This document shows, piece by piece, positions 48,720 to 60,803 of a stretch of 64,000 nucleotides of DNA (within the stretch, counting starts at the first letter, position 1; each line of letters starts with the position of its first letter). The DNA lies in assembly GCA_009103225.1 (NCBI GenBank), contig RHPI01003599.1:357859-421858 (forward strand). The letters are read 5' to 3'. A program made the translations under genes and the position numbers. Source of the stretch: Chlorokybus atmophyticus. Lineage: Eukaryota; Plantae; Mesostigma and Chlorokybus algae. The notes beneath the pieces were generated by a model. The model had not been told where the DNA came from, searched no databases, and saw only the letters and a list, made by a program, of their open reading frames with translations.

Positions 48720-51700
48720 TGTTAGCATGTCTTGCACACTGCTCAATCCAGTCAGCTTGTAAATTGGCTAAGGCATGAGCCTTAGAGATACTGCTACTAG
48801 TAAGAGCTGATCAGCTCTTACTATATCGATCAATCATGAGTCTGTAGCAGATATCGAGTCCACTACGCGGAGTACGACCAAGCAGGAGACTCCGGACTTG
48901 CTCATGAGGCTGGCGCAGCCTGACGCCTTGGGAGAACGGCAAGAACTCCGCGTATACTTAGCCTTAGGAGGCGTGGCTTAGCTTGTTGGAAAGCGTTGGC
49001 TGTAAGCTAGACAACCAAGCTTGCATATTGGCAATCGGCTGAGTATAGCTCACGCGGTGCTTGCTACAGTAGACATGTGTAGTCTGCATGGTATAAAGGC
49101 CAACAGAATTAACAAGTTGTTGGTTCGGGTGAAACCCCTTTGCAAGCCTTGTGTGCACGCCTTGTGTGTATGTTCTGGTGCATGTGTATGCTGTGGTTGG
49201 CCAGCGCTAGCTCAGTGTTCAACAGGTTATGGGCCCACACTGCTAGTGGTTTAAGAGAGGAGACAGCGCTACAACTAGTGGAAAAGCTGAGCGGAACTGC
49301 TACTTGCAGAAGACCTCTGACGAAGGCGTGACAAGATGGCAGAAGACGAAGGCTCCAACGTCAGGTTGTCGGTGGCACCTCTGGACCTGGAGAACTACAG
49401 CACATGGAGCATAAAGATGAAGGCCCCTTTGAAGCACAAGGGTTTGTTGAAGTATGCCAATCCCAACGGTGACGCACCTGTAGAGGGTACGCAGAGTGTG
49501 TCGTTGGAGAAGAGTGAAAAGGCACTTGCATTGCTATGCTTGAACGCGAAGGATCGCCATCTTGTAATGCTCGATGAGTGTGAGCATGCCCAAAAAACGT
49601 GGTAAAAGCTGGCAGACACATTCAAAGCAAGCAACAATGCAAGGAAGCTGCAGCTGAGAAGGCAGCTGAACGCGCTGAAGAAGGAGTCGGCGGAGCCTAT
49701 CTCCAAGTACGCCAGACGAGCAAGGGAGCTGTGGAAAGACCTCACTTCGATAGGCCACGAGGTGAAGGAGGTGGAGCTGGTTTGGGCTATCCTCTCCGGT
49801 CTTCCTAAGGAGTACGACATGGTGGTGACCGTGCTTGAGACGCAAAGGGAAGAACTCAAGCTCAGTGTGATGCTGCCCATGCTGTTTCAACAAGAAGAGA
49901 AGACATGCAGGAGAAGGGATGAAGCAGATTCGGTGGCGTTTGCTGCTTCAAGCTTAAAGAAAGGAAGTCAGGGTGGAGGAGGAGGCTCGTACAATGGTGG
50001 CAACAGGAAGGGGAAGGACTACAGAAAGACCCTCAAGTGTCCTCATTGTGGGAAGAAGGGCCACTTCAAGATGGACCGGTGGGCCGGTGGTTAGCGGAGC
50101 AAGTGAAGGCGAAGGGTGGCGGACACGACAACAAGGGTGAGAAACCCATGGCGTTTACAGCTGCATCGTCAAGATCTGCTACTGCTTGGGTGCTGAACGC
50201 CGGGTTTAACAAGCATCTCACCTTTGACAAAGAGCAGTTTCAGAGCTACAGGCTTATTGACAAACCTGTCATGGTCACATTTGGGAGCAGTGAGGAAGCA
50301 GCCATTGGCATGGGGGACGTCCACCTCAACTGCAGTGTTGACGGAGCTGAGAGGCAAGTGTGCTTGCGCAATGTGTTACATGTTCCCCGAGCAGTTGTTG
50401 GTCTAATCTTAGTGCGTACTGCTGCAAGAGCTGGGGCTAGGACTGTATTTGAGGGAGACAATGGGCGTGTATTAGTAGATGGGGTCGTGTACATGACTGC
50501 CAAAGATTATGGAGGAGGAGAGTACCATGTGAAGCTTGCTGGAGTGCAAGCGTATATTGCATCGACCAAAGAGTCCGCAGCGCTGTGGCATCGACCATTT
50601 GGACATCTCGACTACGATAGCCTCACCAGGCTAGTGAAGGAAGACATGGTGGATGGCATCAACGTCAAGCCGGAGGAGTTCAAAACTATGCAAGAGGTGT
50701 TGTGTGAACCCTGTGTGCTGGCGAAGCAACGAAGACTGCCATTCCAAGCATTACAGAGTGTGATAACCAAGCCTCTTCAACTGCTGAAAAAGGTACTCAC
50801 CCTGATGGAGAGACAGTTAGAAGAGAAGGTGGTGACAGTGCGGTCGGATATAGGTGGAGAACACATCAGCAAGGAGCTGAACACCTGGTTGGCCGAGCAC
50901 GGGATTACGCACCAATACACGGCACCCTACACCCCGCAGCAGAACGGAGCAGCTGAGAGGCTGAAAAGAACCCTGTTGGAGAAAGTCAGAGCAATGCTGG
51001 TGGACGCAAAAATGCAAGACCATAGGTGGGGAGATGCATTGCTTATTGCAGCGTATGTTCGCAATTGCTCACCGGAAGCATCTCAAGCAAAGGCACCGTG
51101 GGAGCTTTTCACCAAGCAAAGGCCAGACGTCTCTATGTTGAGGGTTTTCGGCTCTACAGCGTATGTTTTCATCCCCAAGCAACTGCAAAAGAAGCTGGCG
51201 CTCAAGAGCAATAAGGGCGTGTTTATTGGCTATGAGTTCAACTCAAAGGCCTACCGCGTGCTGCTAGAAGACAACAAGGTGGTGGTGAGCAGGGATGTGA
51301 TGTTTATGGAGGAAGGCATCACAGGTGATGTTCCGGAGGTTGTTGTTGTTGAGGAGGAGGAGAACCCCCACATGGAGGAGTCACCAATCAACAATATTCC
51401 GCACCCTGAGGACCCAACTACAGATACCAAATATCAGTCTCAGCAACAAGCATCAGAGGAAGAAGCTGTGGAGGTCCAAGAGGAGCCCAGGTACATGCTG
51501 AGGAGCACGAGACCTGAGGAAGGACGCTTCAAAAGCTTGGCAGCATTAACCAAGGAGGAGGAGCCTACCACATATGAGGAGGCAATGACAGCCCCAGACA
51601 CAGAGCTATGGCAGCATGCAATGGACGAGGAGATAGCATCCTTGCACGCCAACGGCACATGGAGGCTGGAGAAGGTCCCACTTGAAGTGAAGCCCTTACC

Positions 51701-53623
51701 GGTGAAGTGGGTGTGCAAGATCAAGCGCGATGGGCAAGGCCGCATCGAGAGATAAGGCACGATTGGTGGTGAAGGGGTACTTGCAGCAAGAGGGCATTGA
51801 CTTCAATGAGGTTTTCGCCCCTGCTAGTAAGCTTGTAACCTTTCGCACCATGTTTGCACTTGTGGTAGCTGAGGATTGGGAGCTACACCACTTATATGTG
51901 AAGACTGCATTCCTCTACGGAGAGTTGGAGGAAAAGATCTACATGCAGCAACCCAAGGGCTATGAGGAGGGAGGACCAGGCACTGCTTGCAGACTTGTAA
52001 AGGCATTGTACGGGCTCAAGCAAGCGCCAAAAGTATGGCACATCCGGCTCACCAAGGAGTTGGAGAAGATTGGCTTCACACCTTCTGAAGCTGATCCTGC
52101 ACTCTTTACGCACAAGGAGAAGAAGATCTGGGTGTTGCTCTACGTCGACAACATCATGGTTGCTGCGACAAAGCTGAAGGACTTGGAGGAGGTGAAGACA
52201 TCTCTCAAGTCTGCCTTCGACATGAGGGACTTGGGAGAGGCAAAGCTGTTTCTCAGCATGGTGATCAAGAGAAACATGGACAACAAGACAGCCAAGATTA
52301 GCCAGAAGTTGATGGCGCAAAGGATTGTGGAGAAGTTTGGAATGGGAGACGCCAAAGGCAAGGTAATACCCATGTCCGTGGGAGCCAAGCTGCAGCGAGC
52401 AATGAGTGAGACAGAGCACCTCAATAGGAGCAAGTTCCCTTACAGTGAGTTGGTTGAGAGCATGCTTTACATGTCCATGAGCACTAGACCAGACATCGCA
52501 CATGCTGTGGGAGTGCTTGCACGATACATGTCAGCACCCACCATGGAGCATTGGAGAGCTGCGAAGGAGTTGCTGCGTTATGTAATGGGGAGCTCAAGCG
52601 TGGGCATTTACTTTGGAGAGGGAGCTGGTGCTGGAGACAAGGAGTTAGAGGGCTATTGTGACGCTGACTACGCTGGGGATCTCGACACGAGGAGGTCAAC
52701 TACTGGCTACGCGTTCCTGATAAATGGTGGAATTGTTAGCTGGAACAGTAAGCTGCAACCTACCGTGGCTGCCTCAACAGCAGAGGCGGAGTACATGGCT
52801 GCCTCATTGGCAACGAAGGAGGCATTGTGGTTGAAGAAGCTGAAGGTGGACTTATGCTACCCTGCAAGCTGCATCTGCATCAACTGCGACAACCAAGCGC
52901 AATCAAGCTTCTAAAGCATTAGATTGCTTCAGTCCGGTCAAAGCACATTGACGTGATTCACCACGTCGTGCGCGAGCGTGTGGCGAGGAAGGAGGTGGCG
53001 TTCAAGTACTGCAGCACGAAGAAGATGCTGGCTCACTGCATGATCAAGCCTATGGTGATAAAGAAGTTCCATGACTGCACTAGAGGACTTGGAGTCTACT
53101 AAGCTGCCTACGTGGGAGTGTTAGCATGAGCATGTCTTGCACACTGCTCAGTCCAGTCAGCTTGTAAATTGGCTAAGGCATGAGCCTTATAGATATTGCT
53201 ACTAGTAAGAGCTGATATCGATCAGTCATGAATCTGTAGCAGATATCGATCCATTACGCGGAGTATGACCAAGCAGGAGACTCCGGACTTGCTCATGAGG
53301 CTGGCTCGGCCTGACGCAGCCAACGCCTTGGGAGAACGGCGAGAACTCCGCGTATACCTAGCCTTAGAAGGCGTGGCTTAGCTTGTTGGAAAGCGTTGGC
53401 TGTAAGCTAGACAACCAGCTTACATATTGGCAATCCGTTGAGTATAGCTCACGCGGTGCTTGCTAAAGTAGACATGTGTAGTCTGGATGGTATAAAGGCC
53501 AACAGAATTAACAAGTTGTTGGTTTGGGTGAAACCCCTTTGCAAGCCTTGTGTGCACGCCTTGTGTGTATGTTCTGGTGCATGTGTATGCTGTAGTTGGC
53601 CAGCGCTAGCTCAATGGTCAACA
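48720..53623 (+). mobile_element. Full-length Ty1/Copia element with both LTRs, coding-defective, nested in the host Copia RT
   Basis: LTRs at 48720-49224 and 53119-53623 (~95% identical by eye, plus indels) with TSD GGCCT. PBS GGTTATGGGCCCA; PPT ...CGTGGGAG. The gag (NYSTWSIKM, CPHCGKKGH)-PR-INT-RT-RH region has a stop at ~49603, frameshifts and an integrase-core deletion. Confidence 0.95.
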
Positions 53624-54342
53624 GGCCTGACATATTCTATCAATGGGAGTACTAGCAAGGTTATGTCCATTCCTACCATGGAGCACTTGAAAGCTGCAGT
53701 TGGAGTCCTAAGATACATTGGAAGGACTACATCAGTTGGGGTCTTTTTCGCCGGAGAAAAGACTGAGCTTGAGGGCTATTGTGATGGTGACTTTGTTGGA
53801 GATGTGGACAACCGCAAGTCTACATCTGGGTTTGCCTTCATGCTGAATGGAAGTCTGGTGAGCTGGAGTTCTAAACTTCAGGCTACCGTGGCAGTCTCAA
53901 CGGCTGAGGCTGAGTACATCGCTGCGTCCCATACTGTGAAAGAAGCGATGTGGCTAAGAGTTTCATGGCTGACCTGGGCTAGGAGCCAAGCTGTGTGAGG
54001 TTGCACGATGACAATCAAAGCGCCATCAAGCTTATGAAGCATCAAGTTGCTTTAATTCGGGCTAAGCACATTAATGTGGTGCATCATTTTATGCGCGAGA
54101 GAGCTACAAGAAAGGAGGTGCAGTTTGACTACTGCAAGACTAAAGACATGCTGGCGGAAGTCTTCACCAAGGCCCTTCCTCTACCCAAGTTCAAGACATG
54201 CTGCTCGGGACTTGGCATTTTTTGACTGCCTGCGTGGGAGTGTTGGAAAAGACCCGCCGATTGTCTTAACCCGCTGGATTAGACCCGCCTGGGGTATATC
54301 AGTCGGTCATGAAACTGCCTGGTCCAAAACTAGGTTTACGTG

Positions 54343-54395
<53 letters not shown>
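54343..54395. repeat. Compound (AT)n(AG)n microsatellite within the host Copia LTR
   Basis: Read directly from the sequence. Confidence 0.95.
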
Positions 54396-54397
<2 letters not shown>

Positions 54398-55045
54398 AAC
54401 CGCAGTTAGTCCGACCTTGTATATCACTTGTATGCATGCTTGTACAACAGATATCGAGCCTAGACTGCTAGGGTATGAATAGCTGCTGTACTGAGTCTGT
54501 AATTGAAGAGAGAGCTCAGTTTTGAGTTTAAAGTCATGACTGGCACTCTGGCGGCTAGGGTTTGTATATGCTGTACATGGTTGCATGCAAGGGTGCTACT
54601 GGATGTGTATGAGCCTGCACGTTACAGCTGTCACGCCTCCTGAGCTGCATGCACTAGGAAAACCCGTTTAGGCAACTTAAACCTGCTGCACTGGCCTAAA
54701 GTCTTAGGCTTGTACTTTGAGGAGTCTAGAGCAGTCTGCGCCCTACGTCACCTCCGGCTCCGCCTATCAACACCCACACGAGCACGCCGACTCATGGGGG
54801 CCATTGCTACAATTTTTGCCACGTCACCCATGCCCTACTCCGACACGCAGGACACAGCAACCAAGGAGGTGGCCTTACAAGACCCTGCAGAGCGTCGCTG
54901 GAGAGCAGAGGTGGACGCGTATGTGTTGCTGGACAAACAGCCTTTCCCTACACGCCTTCCAGACTACCACAAAGATATCCAGGTTGCAGAGCAGTTCACC
55001 GTGGCCACCAGAGTCGTGAACTTCAGCGCGGCGAGGCGCCAATAA

Positions 55046-55942
55046 GAAGTCACCTTGGTGGAGCTGTTTGGCGGGATTGATAGCGGCTTGGCTTGATCCG
55101 CATGCTCAAACCGCTGCTCACCATCATCAGCGTTGCACTTGCGCTATACCACACCTCCTGCCGTTATCTGCATTGCGTGGAATTCTTAAGGCTCTGCCTC
55201 AATACATCGGCCTCAATTCGGCTAATCATCTCATTGCCTTGGGCAATATGGTTCTGTTGATTGCTGGATGGGAGTGCCAGGGTCACTCCAGGGCCGGCAT
55301 ATGACATGGGCTAAACGATCCACGCTCCACACTCTTTTAAGAGCTGCTGCAAGTCATCCCCCTGCTGCAGCACCATCAGATTCAACACCCTCTGGCGTAC
55401 GTTGTCGACAATGTCCACTCTGAGGATGATCGCCGCCACGAGGTGCAGCACAGCTACCATATCGTGTGCTCTATTTATGGCCACCCGACCAAGATGAACG
55501 CCGCACGCCATGGGTCACGTGCATACCGCGTCCGCGTCAAGTGGACGAGCTTCGCCACTCTGGAAGAGCTGACTGCCGCTTAGCACCTCCTCAGCTCGCG
55601 TCCTCGGAACTTGTTCGTGAATGACATCTTCGATGCTGGCAGAACGTCGCAGCTAGTCTCTCGCCACAACCACGAGCACTTCCATCAGTGTAATCAACTA
55701 AGAGAACCACGTCGAGCTCTTCCCAAACCACGCTAGTCTCATACCCGGGCTTGTATGCCTTCAAAGATGGCGGGGACGGCATGGTCTTCGACAGCAACAC
55801 GGGCCGACTGGACGAACCCAACGCACACAAGCGCGAATGCGCCATGGGGTTCTTCTCAGGCAGCACCACAGGCTGCTCACTAATAGACAATCAGCAGAGG
55901 CAACTCCTGGGTCGCGCCATGGACCAGAACAGTATGGTCTAG
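55046..55942 (+). pseudogene. Retrotransposon-borne C5 cytosine methyltransferase domain (disrupted)
   Basis: Motif I LVELFGGI; motif IV LIAGWECQGHSRAG; GLNDPRSTLF; motif VI YVVDNV; motif VIII GSRAYRVRVKWT; motifs IX/X EPNAHKRECAMG...RQLLGRAMD. The motifs are in canonical order across stops and frameshifts. Confidence 0.88.
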
Positions 55943-58900
55943 TCACTGGAGATGTGCTTCGCCATTTAAGACCGTCAGGTGTCTCTCAAGAATCTTAAAC
56001 ACTTGTTTGGGGGGTGGGTCAGTTGCTCTGATATCGTCGTGGCCCACACCGCCCTAGAGATCGCTCATATGGAGGAGCAGGCAGCAGTCACAGTGGAGGA
56101 TATCCCTGTGAAAGCGACAGCCACGTCATGGTATCATGCCATGGGACCCTTGGCTACAGGGCCTGTGAAAGAGCAGTTGGAGGCTCTCACCAACAAGTGG
56201 AGAGCTCAGTTTAGCTTCGACGTCAAGGAGTTGGGCAAGTGCTCAGTGTACCAAATGGACATCAACCATGTCGACGAAAAACCGGTGTTGAGAAGACAGT
56301 ACAAACTGTCCAAGTTGGAGGAAGACTTGGTGGAGCAGCAAGGCAAGGTATTGCTGGAGGCGGGACTCATCGAGAAGTCCACGTCACACTTCGCCGCCGC
56401 CACACTCATGCCCCTCAAGAAGGACTCGGAGGGCAACTGGACAAACGGTGTATGTGTGGCGACTATGGCCCACTCAACAACAAAACCAAGCAGAACCGGT
56501 ACCCAATGCCAACCGCGGAGGGCATCTTCGACGAGATCGGCTCGTGCACCGTATTCAGTATTCTGGACATGCGGCAGGGGTACAACCAGATCGAGATCAA
56601 GCCCAAAGACAAGCACAAGGCGGCATGCTGGGGCAACCGGCAGGTCTACCATTGGAAGGTCATGCCTTTCAAGCTGAAGAACGCGCCAACAAAGTTCCAG
56701 CGTAATGGACAAGGCGTTGAAGGGATGCTCCTTCGCGCGGTGCTACATCGACGACATCCCAATCTTCAGCCACACGGCAGAGGAGCATCTCCTCCACATC
56801 AAGGAGGTGCTAAGGAGAGTTCAGGCAGTGTGGATGACTGTGCACCCCGACAAGTGCACTTTCTTTACCCACAAGGTCCCCTACCTCGGCCATATGATCG
56901 TGCCCAACGGCGTGTACGTTTCGCAGGCCAAGCTTGGCCTTAAGATGGAGGCTTTGGCATCTACCCCAGCCCCGACAGACCTGACTCGACTACGTGCCTT
57001 CCTTGGCCTCGCCAACTACTACAGGAGGTTCGTCAAAGACTTTGCGAAGGTGGCGCGCCTCCTCAACGAACTTCTCAAGAAAGAGACAGAGTGGAGATGG
57101 AAGGAGGCCCACCAACAGGCTTGCGAAGAGCTGAAGCAGAGTCTCACATCAGCCACCATTGTGCAGCGACCAGACTACACCAAGCCCTTTGTTCTTCACA
57201 CCGATTGGAGCAAGCTCAGCATGGGTGCTGTATTGGTTCAGCTAGACGATAACAAGAGGGAACAAGTGGTGTCCTACGCCAGCCGTAGCCACAACAGCGC
57301 TGAGGCCAACTACAGCAGTTATGAAAGCGAATGCTTTGCTGCAGTATGGCCCATCTCCTTCTTCAGCCCTATTCCGTTCGGAAGACAGTTCTCACTGATT
57401 ACCGACCACCAACCACTGCGCTGGCTCATGACCAGCCAGCACCTTACGGGCAAGTTGGCCAGGTGGGCCCTGTTGCTACAGGAATACGACTTCGAAATCA
57501 CACACCGGGCGGGCCTAGTCAATCAAGACACAGACGGCATCAACCGCAACCCCCACCTCTCCACCAACGACGCCACCGGTGCCCGACATGAGTTGGGTTC
57601 AGTGGCACCACCACCACAGGTGGCCACCATGTTTGCCGTAGCTGCATTGCGCTCGAGACGGGACACCATCACAGGAGCGGCTCCGACAATGGCGAAGATG
57701 GAGAATGATGCCCGCGCTCCCCCCCGTCGACACCGACCCATTTGAGCAGACCACACCAGATGATGCCCAATTTCCAGCTGCACATCTAGGTCAAGACATC
57801 TGGTTAGACAAGAACTTCATGGTCTACCTATAGCAAGGACAACATGTGGCCAAACTGAGCGCGCGCGAGCGTGACTGCGTCAGGCAGCACTGCTAGAACT
57901 ACCGCTGGGAGAATGGACTCGTCTTCCGGCGTGTTCACATTCATGACAAAGAGGTTCCGGCGCTGCACCGGCGCGAGGGCATCATCTCTGCACTCCACAC
58001 AGAGTTGGGACACTTCGGTATCAAGCGCACCGTCAGCTTGGTGAGTGCCCAGTGTAGGTGGCATGGCATGCACACCCAAGTTCACACCTTTGTTGCAAAC
58101 TGCACGCATTGCGACCTGGTGCGCGCCAGCCTCAACACCCGCACCAGCACGCTGCACCCGCTGCCTATCGCCGGCATGTTCTACCGTTGGCGACTGGACA
58201 TCCTTGGAGATCTAGCACCCTTAGCTCGTGGCAACAAGTACATCCTCGTCATGATCGAGCACTTTTTCAAGTGGGTTGAGCTAGTCCCCCTTCTTGACAA
58301 AAGCAGCAGAGGAACCGCTCAAGCTTTCCTCGACTATGTGCTTAGTCGCTTCGGCTCATGCGCTGAAGTCATCACCGACCAGGGAGCGGAGTTCCGTGGC
58401 GAATTGGACACCTTGCTGGATGGCTCCCACATCGACCACCGGCGCACCTCATGCGACCATCCGCAGGCAGATGGGCTGGCGGAACATACTGTCCAGACCA
58501 TCAAAAAGGCCTTGCGCAAATACGTCATTGACCACGAGAAGCGCACCTGGGATGACTGCCTTCCCTGGGTAGCACTGGGCTATTGGCTTTCCAAGCTTCC
58601 TTGCGCATGTACAGCCCGTATCAGCTGCTGCTTGGCAGGGAACCCTTACTCCCCTTTCGCGCACAAAAGGAAGTAGAACGCGTGCTGGGAAACCTCGACA
58701 ACCCTGTGGCTATGCTGCACGACATGCAACAGCGCGCTACCTGTTCGCACACGTCATTCCCATGGCCATGGGCAATCCCCGCATCGCTCAGCACCGTGAC
58801 ACACTGCGCTATGAACGCGTCCGCAGTGGGTTCTACCAACAGTGCAGTTGCCGCTTCGAGGCGGGCGACTATGTCTACCGCCTGACCCAAACTAAGGACA

Positions 58901-59097
58901 CCTTTAACATCAGTGTTAAACGCGTCGTCCACAAGGTCCTGAAGGTACTCCCCTCTTGAGTGTTGGATTTACTCGGCAACAACGGCGAGCGCCTCAAAGA
59001 TAGCATGGAAAACTGTACTCCATGTCACCTGCCACGCGCTGCAGGCTTCGACATCATTCAGCACCCTCGACCCAGTTGCAGCAAACGTCGCGAGGGG

Positions 59098-59226
59098 TGC
59101 GGCAGTGCCGCTGACGACGCGCTCATGATGTTGTGCAACGGCTGCAACAACGGTATGCACTGATACTGCCTCGACCCGCCAAAAGACACTGTGCCTCTAG
59201 AGGCATATTGGTGTGAGGACTGCCGC
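59098..59226 (+). pseudogene. PHD finger at the C-terminus of the Gypsy polyprotein
   Basis: CGSAADDALMMLCNGCNNGMH*YCLDPPKDTVPLEAYWCEDC fits the C4HC3 pattern, including the CL.PP and W-C..C signatures; there is one in-frame stop. Confidence 0.85.
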
Positions 59227-59297
59227 GTCCGTGGTCCTCCTCACTCTCGATTAAGACTGGTCACTGAAGCAGAGACTTCCCTAGTTCACAGAGGGAG

Positions 59298-59631
59298 NNN
59301 NNNNNNNNNNNNNNNNNNNNNNNNNNNNNNNNNNNNNNNNNNNNNNNNNNNNNNNNNNNNNNNNNNNNNNNNNNNNNNNNNNNNNNNNNNNNNNNNNNNN
59401 NNNNNNNNNNNNNNNNNNNNNNNNNNNNNNNNNNNNNNNNNNNNNNNNNNNNNNNNNNNNNNNNNNNNNNNNNNNNNNNNNNNNNNNNNNNNNNNNNNNN
59501 NNNNNNNNNNNNNNNNNNNNNNNNNNNNNNNNNNNNNNNNNNNNNNNNNNNNNNNNNNNNNNNNNNNNNNNNNNNNNNNNNNNNNNNNNNNNNNNNNNNN
59601 NNNNNNNNNNNNNNNNNNNNNNNNNNNNNNN
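59298..59631. other. Assembly gap (334 N)
   Basis: Run of N. Confidence 0.99.
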
Positions 59632-59632
59632 G

Positions 59633-60803
59633 GGCTTGTTAACTTACTCTTGTTAGCATTATCAGCAACGCATTTCATCACTTGGAGTACATAGCACTAC
59701 GTCGTAGCACATGTCATCAGCATCACATGAGTTTTCCCCACAAGTAGGTACAGGCAGGGGGGTGTTCTTTGCCTTCCGCACTGTGCAACCATACAACCAA
59801 CAGTCTACGAGGGTGGCCCCATGCCCCATCATGGCAATATGGTTGGGAGCGACTTGGAGGGGCACACGACCCTGCCAGGCCCAACATCTGTCATGCCAGC
59901 GGTCCAGGAGGGGCCAACTTCCTCGTTGATGCCTACAGCCGGGCATTGTTCCCGTGCTATCAGCATCAGTAACCCTTTTTATCAGCCATGCCTACAGCCA
60001 AACATCGGCCCCGACTACCGGCATAAGTCCCGCGCGACACTGAGCAGTTGTCAATCAGTCTTCGTAAGTACCTAGTACCAGCCGTACTAGCTGATCCGTT
60101 GCGAGTTTCACTTAGGCTTGATCTAGGTCATTTTGTAAACTAGCCGTTATTTTTGAACTGAACAGTTGTCACTTAATTATAAATGCTCAAGACGTAGTCT
60201 CTGTACGTTGATGACACTGTAAGTGAGAACTGAAAGACTTGGAATTAAGAAGTACGGATGTTGATCTTCGGAGTGCTCGGGACTTGCTCTCTGAAGGTTG
60301 TGGCTTGATGTGACTGCATCACCTCGCCGCCCCGGTTGCCGAGACACCTTTACATGTGAGAGAATGCAATGTATGCACGCGTGCATTGCTTGTCACTTAA
60401 TGTAATTGTGGTTGTGTGGGTGCATGTTGTGTAGTCCGCATCAGAGTGCGGTATCCGCGTGTTGCCGCATTTATACACCTCACTTAACAGTGGAATTATC
60501 TGGACCTCATGCAAGGAACTGTATAAGCAGCACTACCTCTAGTAGTGGCTTGTTGACTTGCTCTTGTTAACATTATCAGCAACGCATGTCATCACTCGGA
60601 GCACACCGCACTACGTCGTAGCACGTGTCATCAGCATCACATGTGTTTCCCCCACAATTGGGTACAGGCAGGGGGGTGTTTTTTGCCTTCCGAACTGTGC
60701 AGCTACACAACCGACAGACCACGAGGCTGGCCTCATGCCCCATCATGGCAATACGGTTGGGAGCGATTTGGAGGGGCACACAACCCTGTCAGGCCCGACA
60801 TCT
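59633..60803. repeat. ~255-bp direct repeat pair (59633-59889 and 60547-60803)
   Basis: The two copies align over their length at roughly 85% by eye. Part of the second copy and its left flank has a diverged inverted copy at ~63480-63660. Confidence 0.85.

Larger units (their letters stand above)
45097..54772 (+). mobile_element. Degenerate host Ty1/Copia element (PR-INT-RT-RH plus 3' LTR) carrying three nested insertions
   Basis: WVLVFGCTQHM (PR), WHRRLGH, VHMDVCGP, QNGAAER, LVYVDD and LEGYCDGD occur with many stops. The PPT ...GCGTGGGAG precedes an LTR starting TGTTGG at 54241, which probably ends TCAACA at 54772 (end uncertain). The 5' LTR and gag are absent. Confidence 0.85.
54773..59297 (+). 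mobile_element. Decayed Ty3/Gypsy element with C5-DNA methyltransferase, RT, RNase H, integrase and PHD finger
   Basis: RT (CGDYGPLN, LDMRQGYNQI, MPFKLKNAP, YIDD), RH (HTDWS, YASRS) and INT (GHFG...CTHC, HPQADGLAE) occur with frameshifts. A DNMT domain lies upstream and a PHD finger downstream. The element runs into an N gap. Confidence 0.9.
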
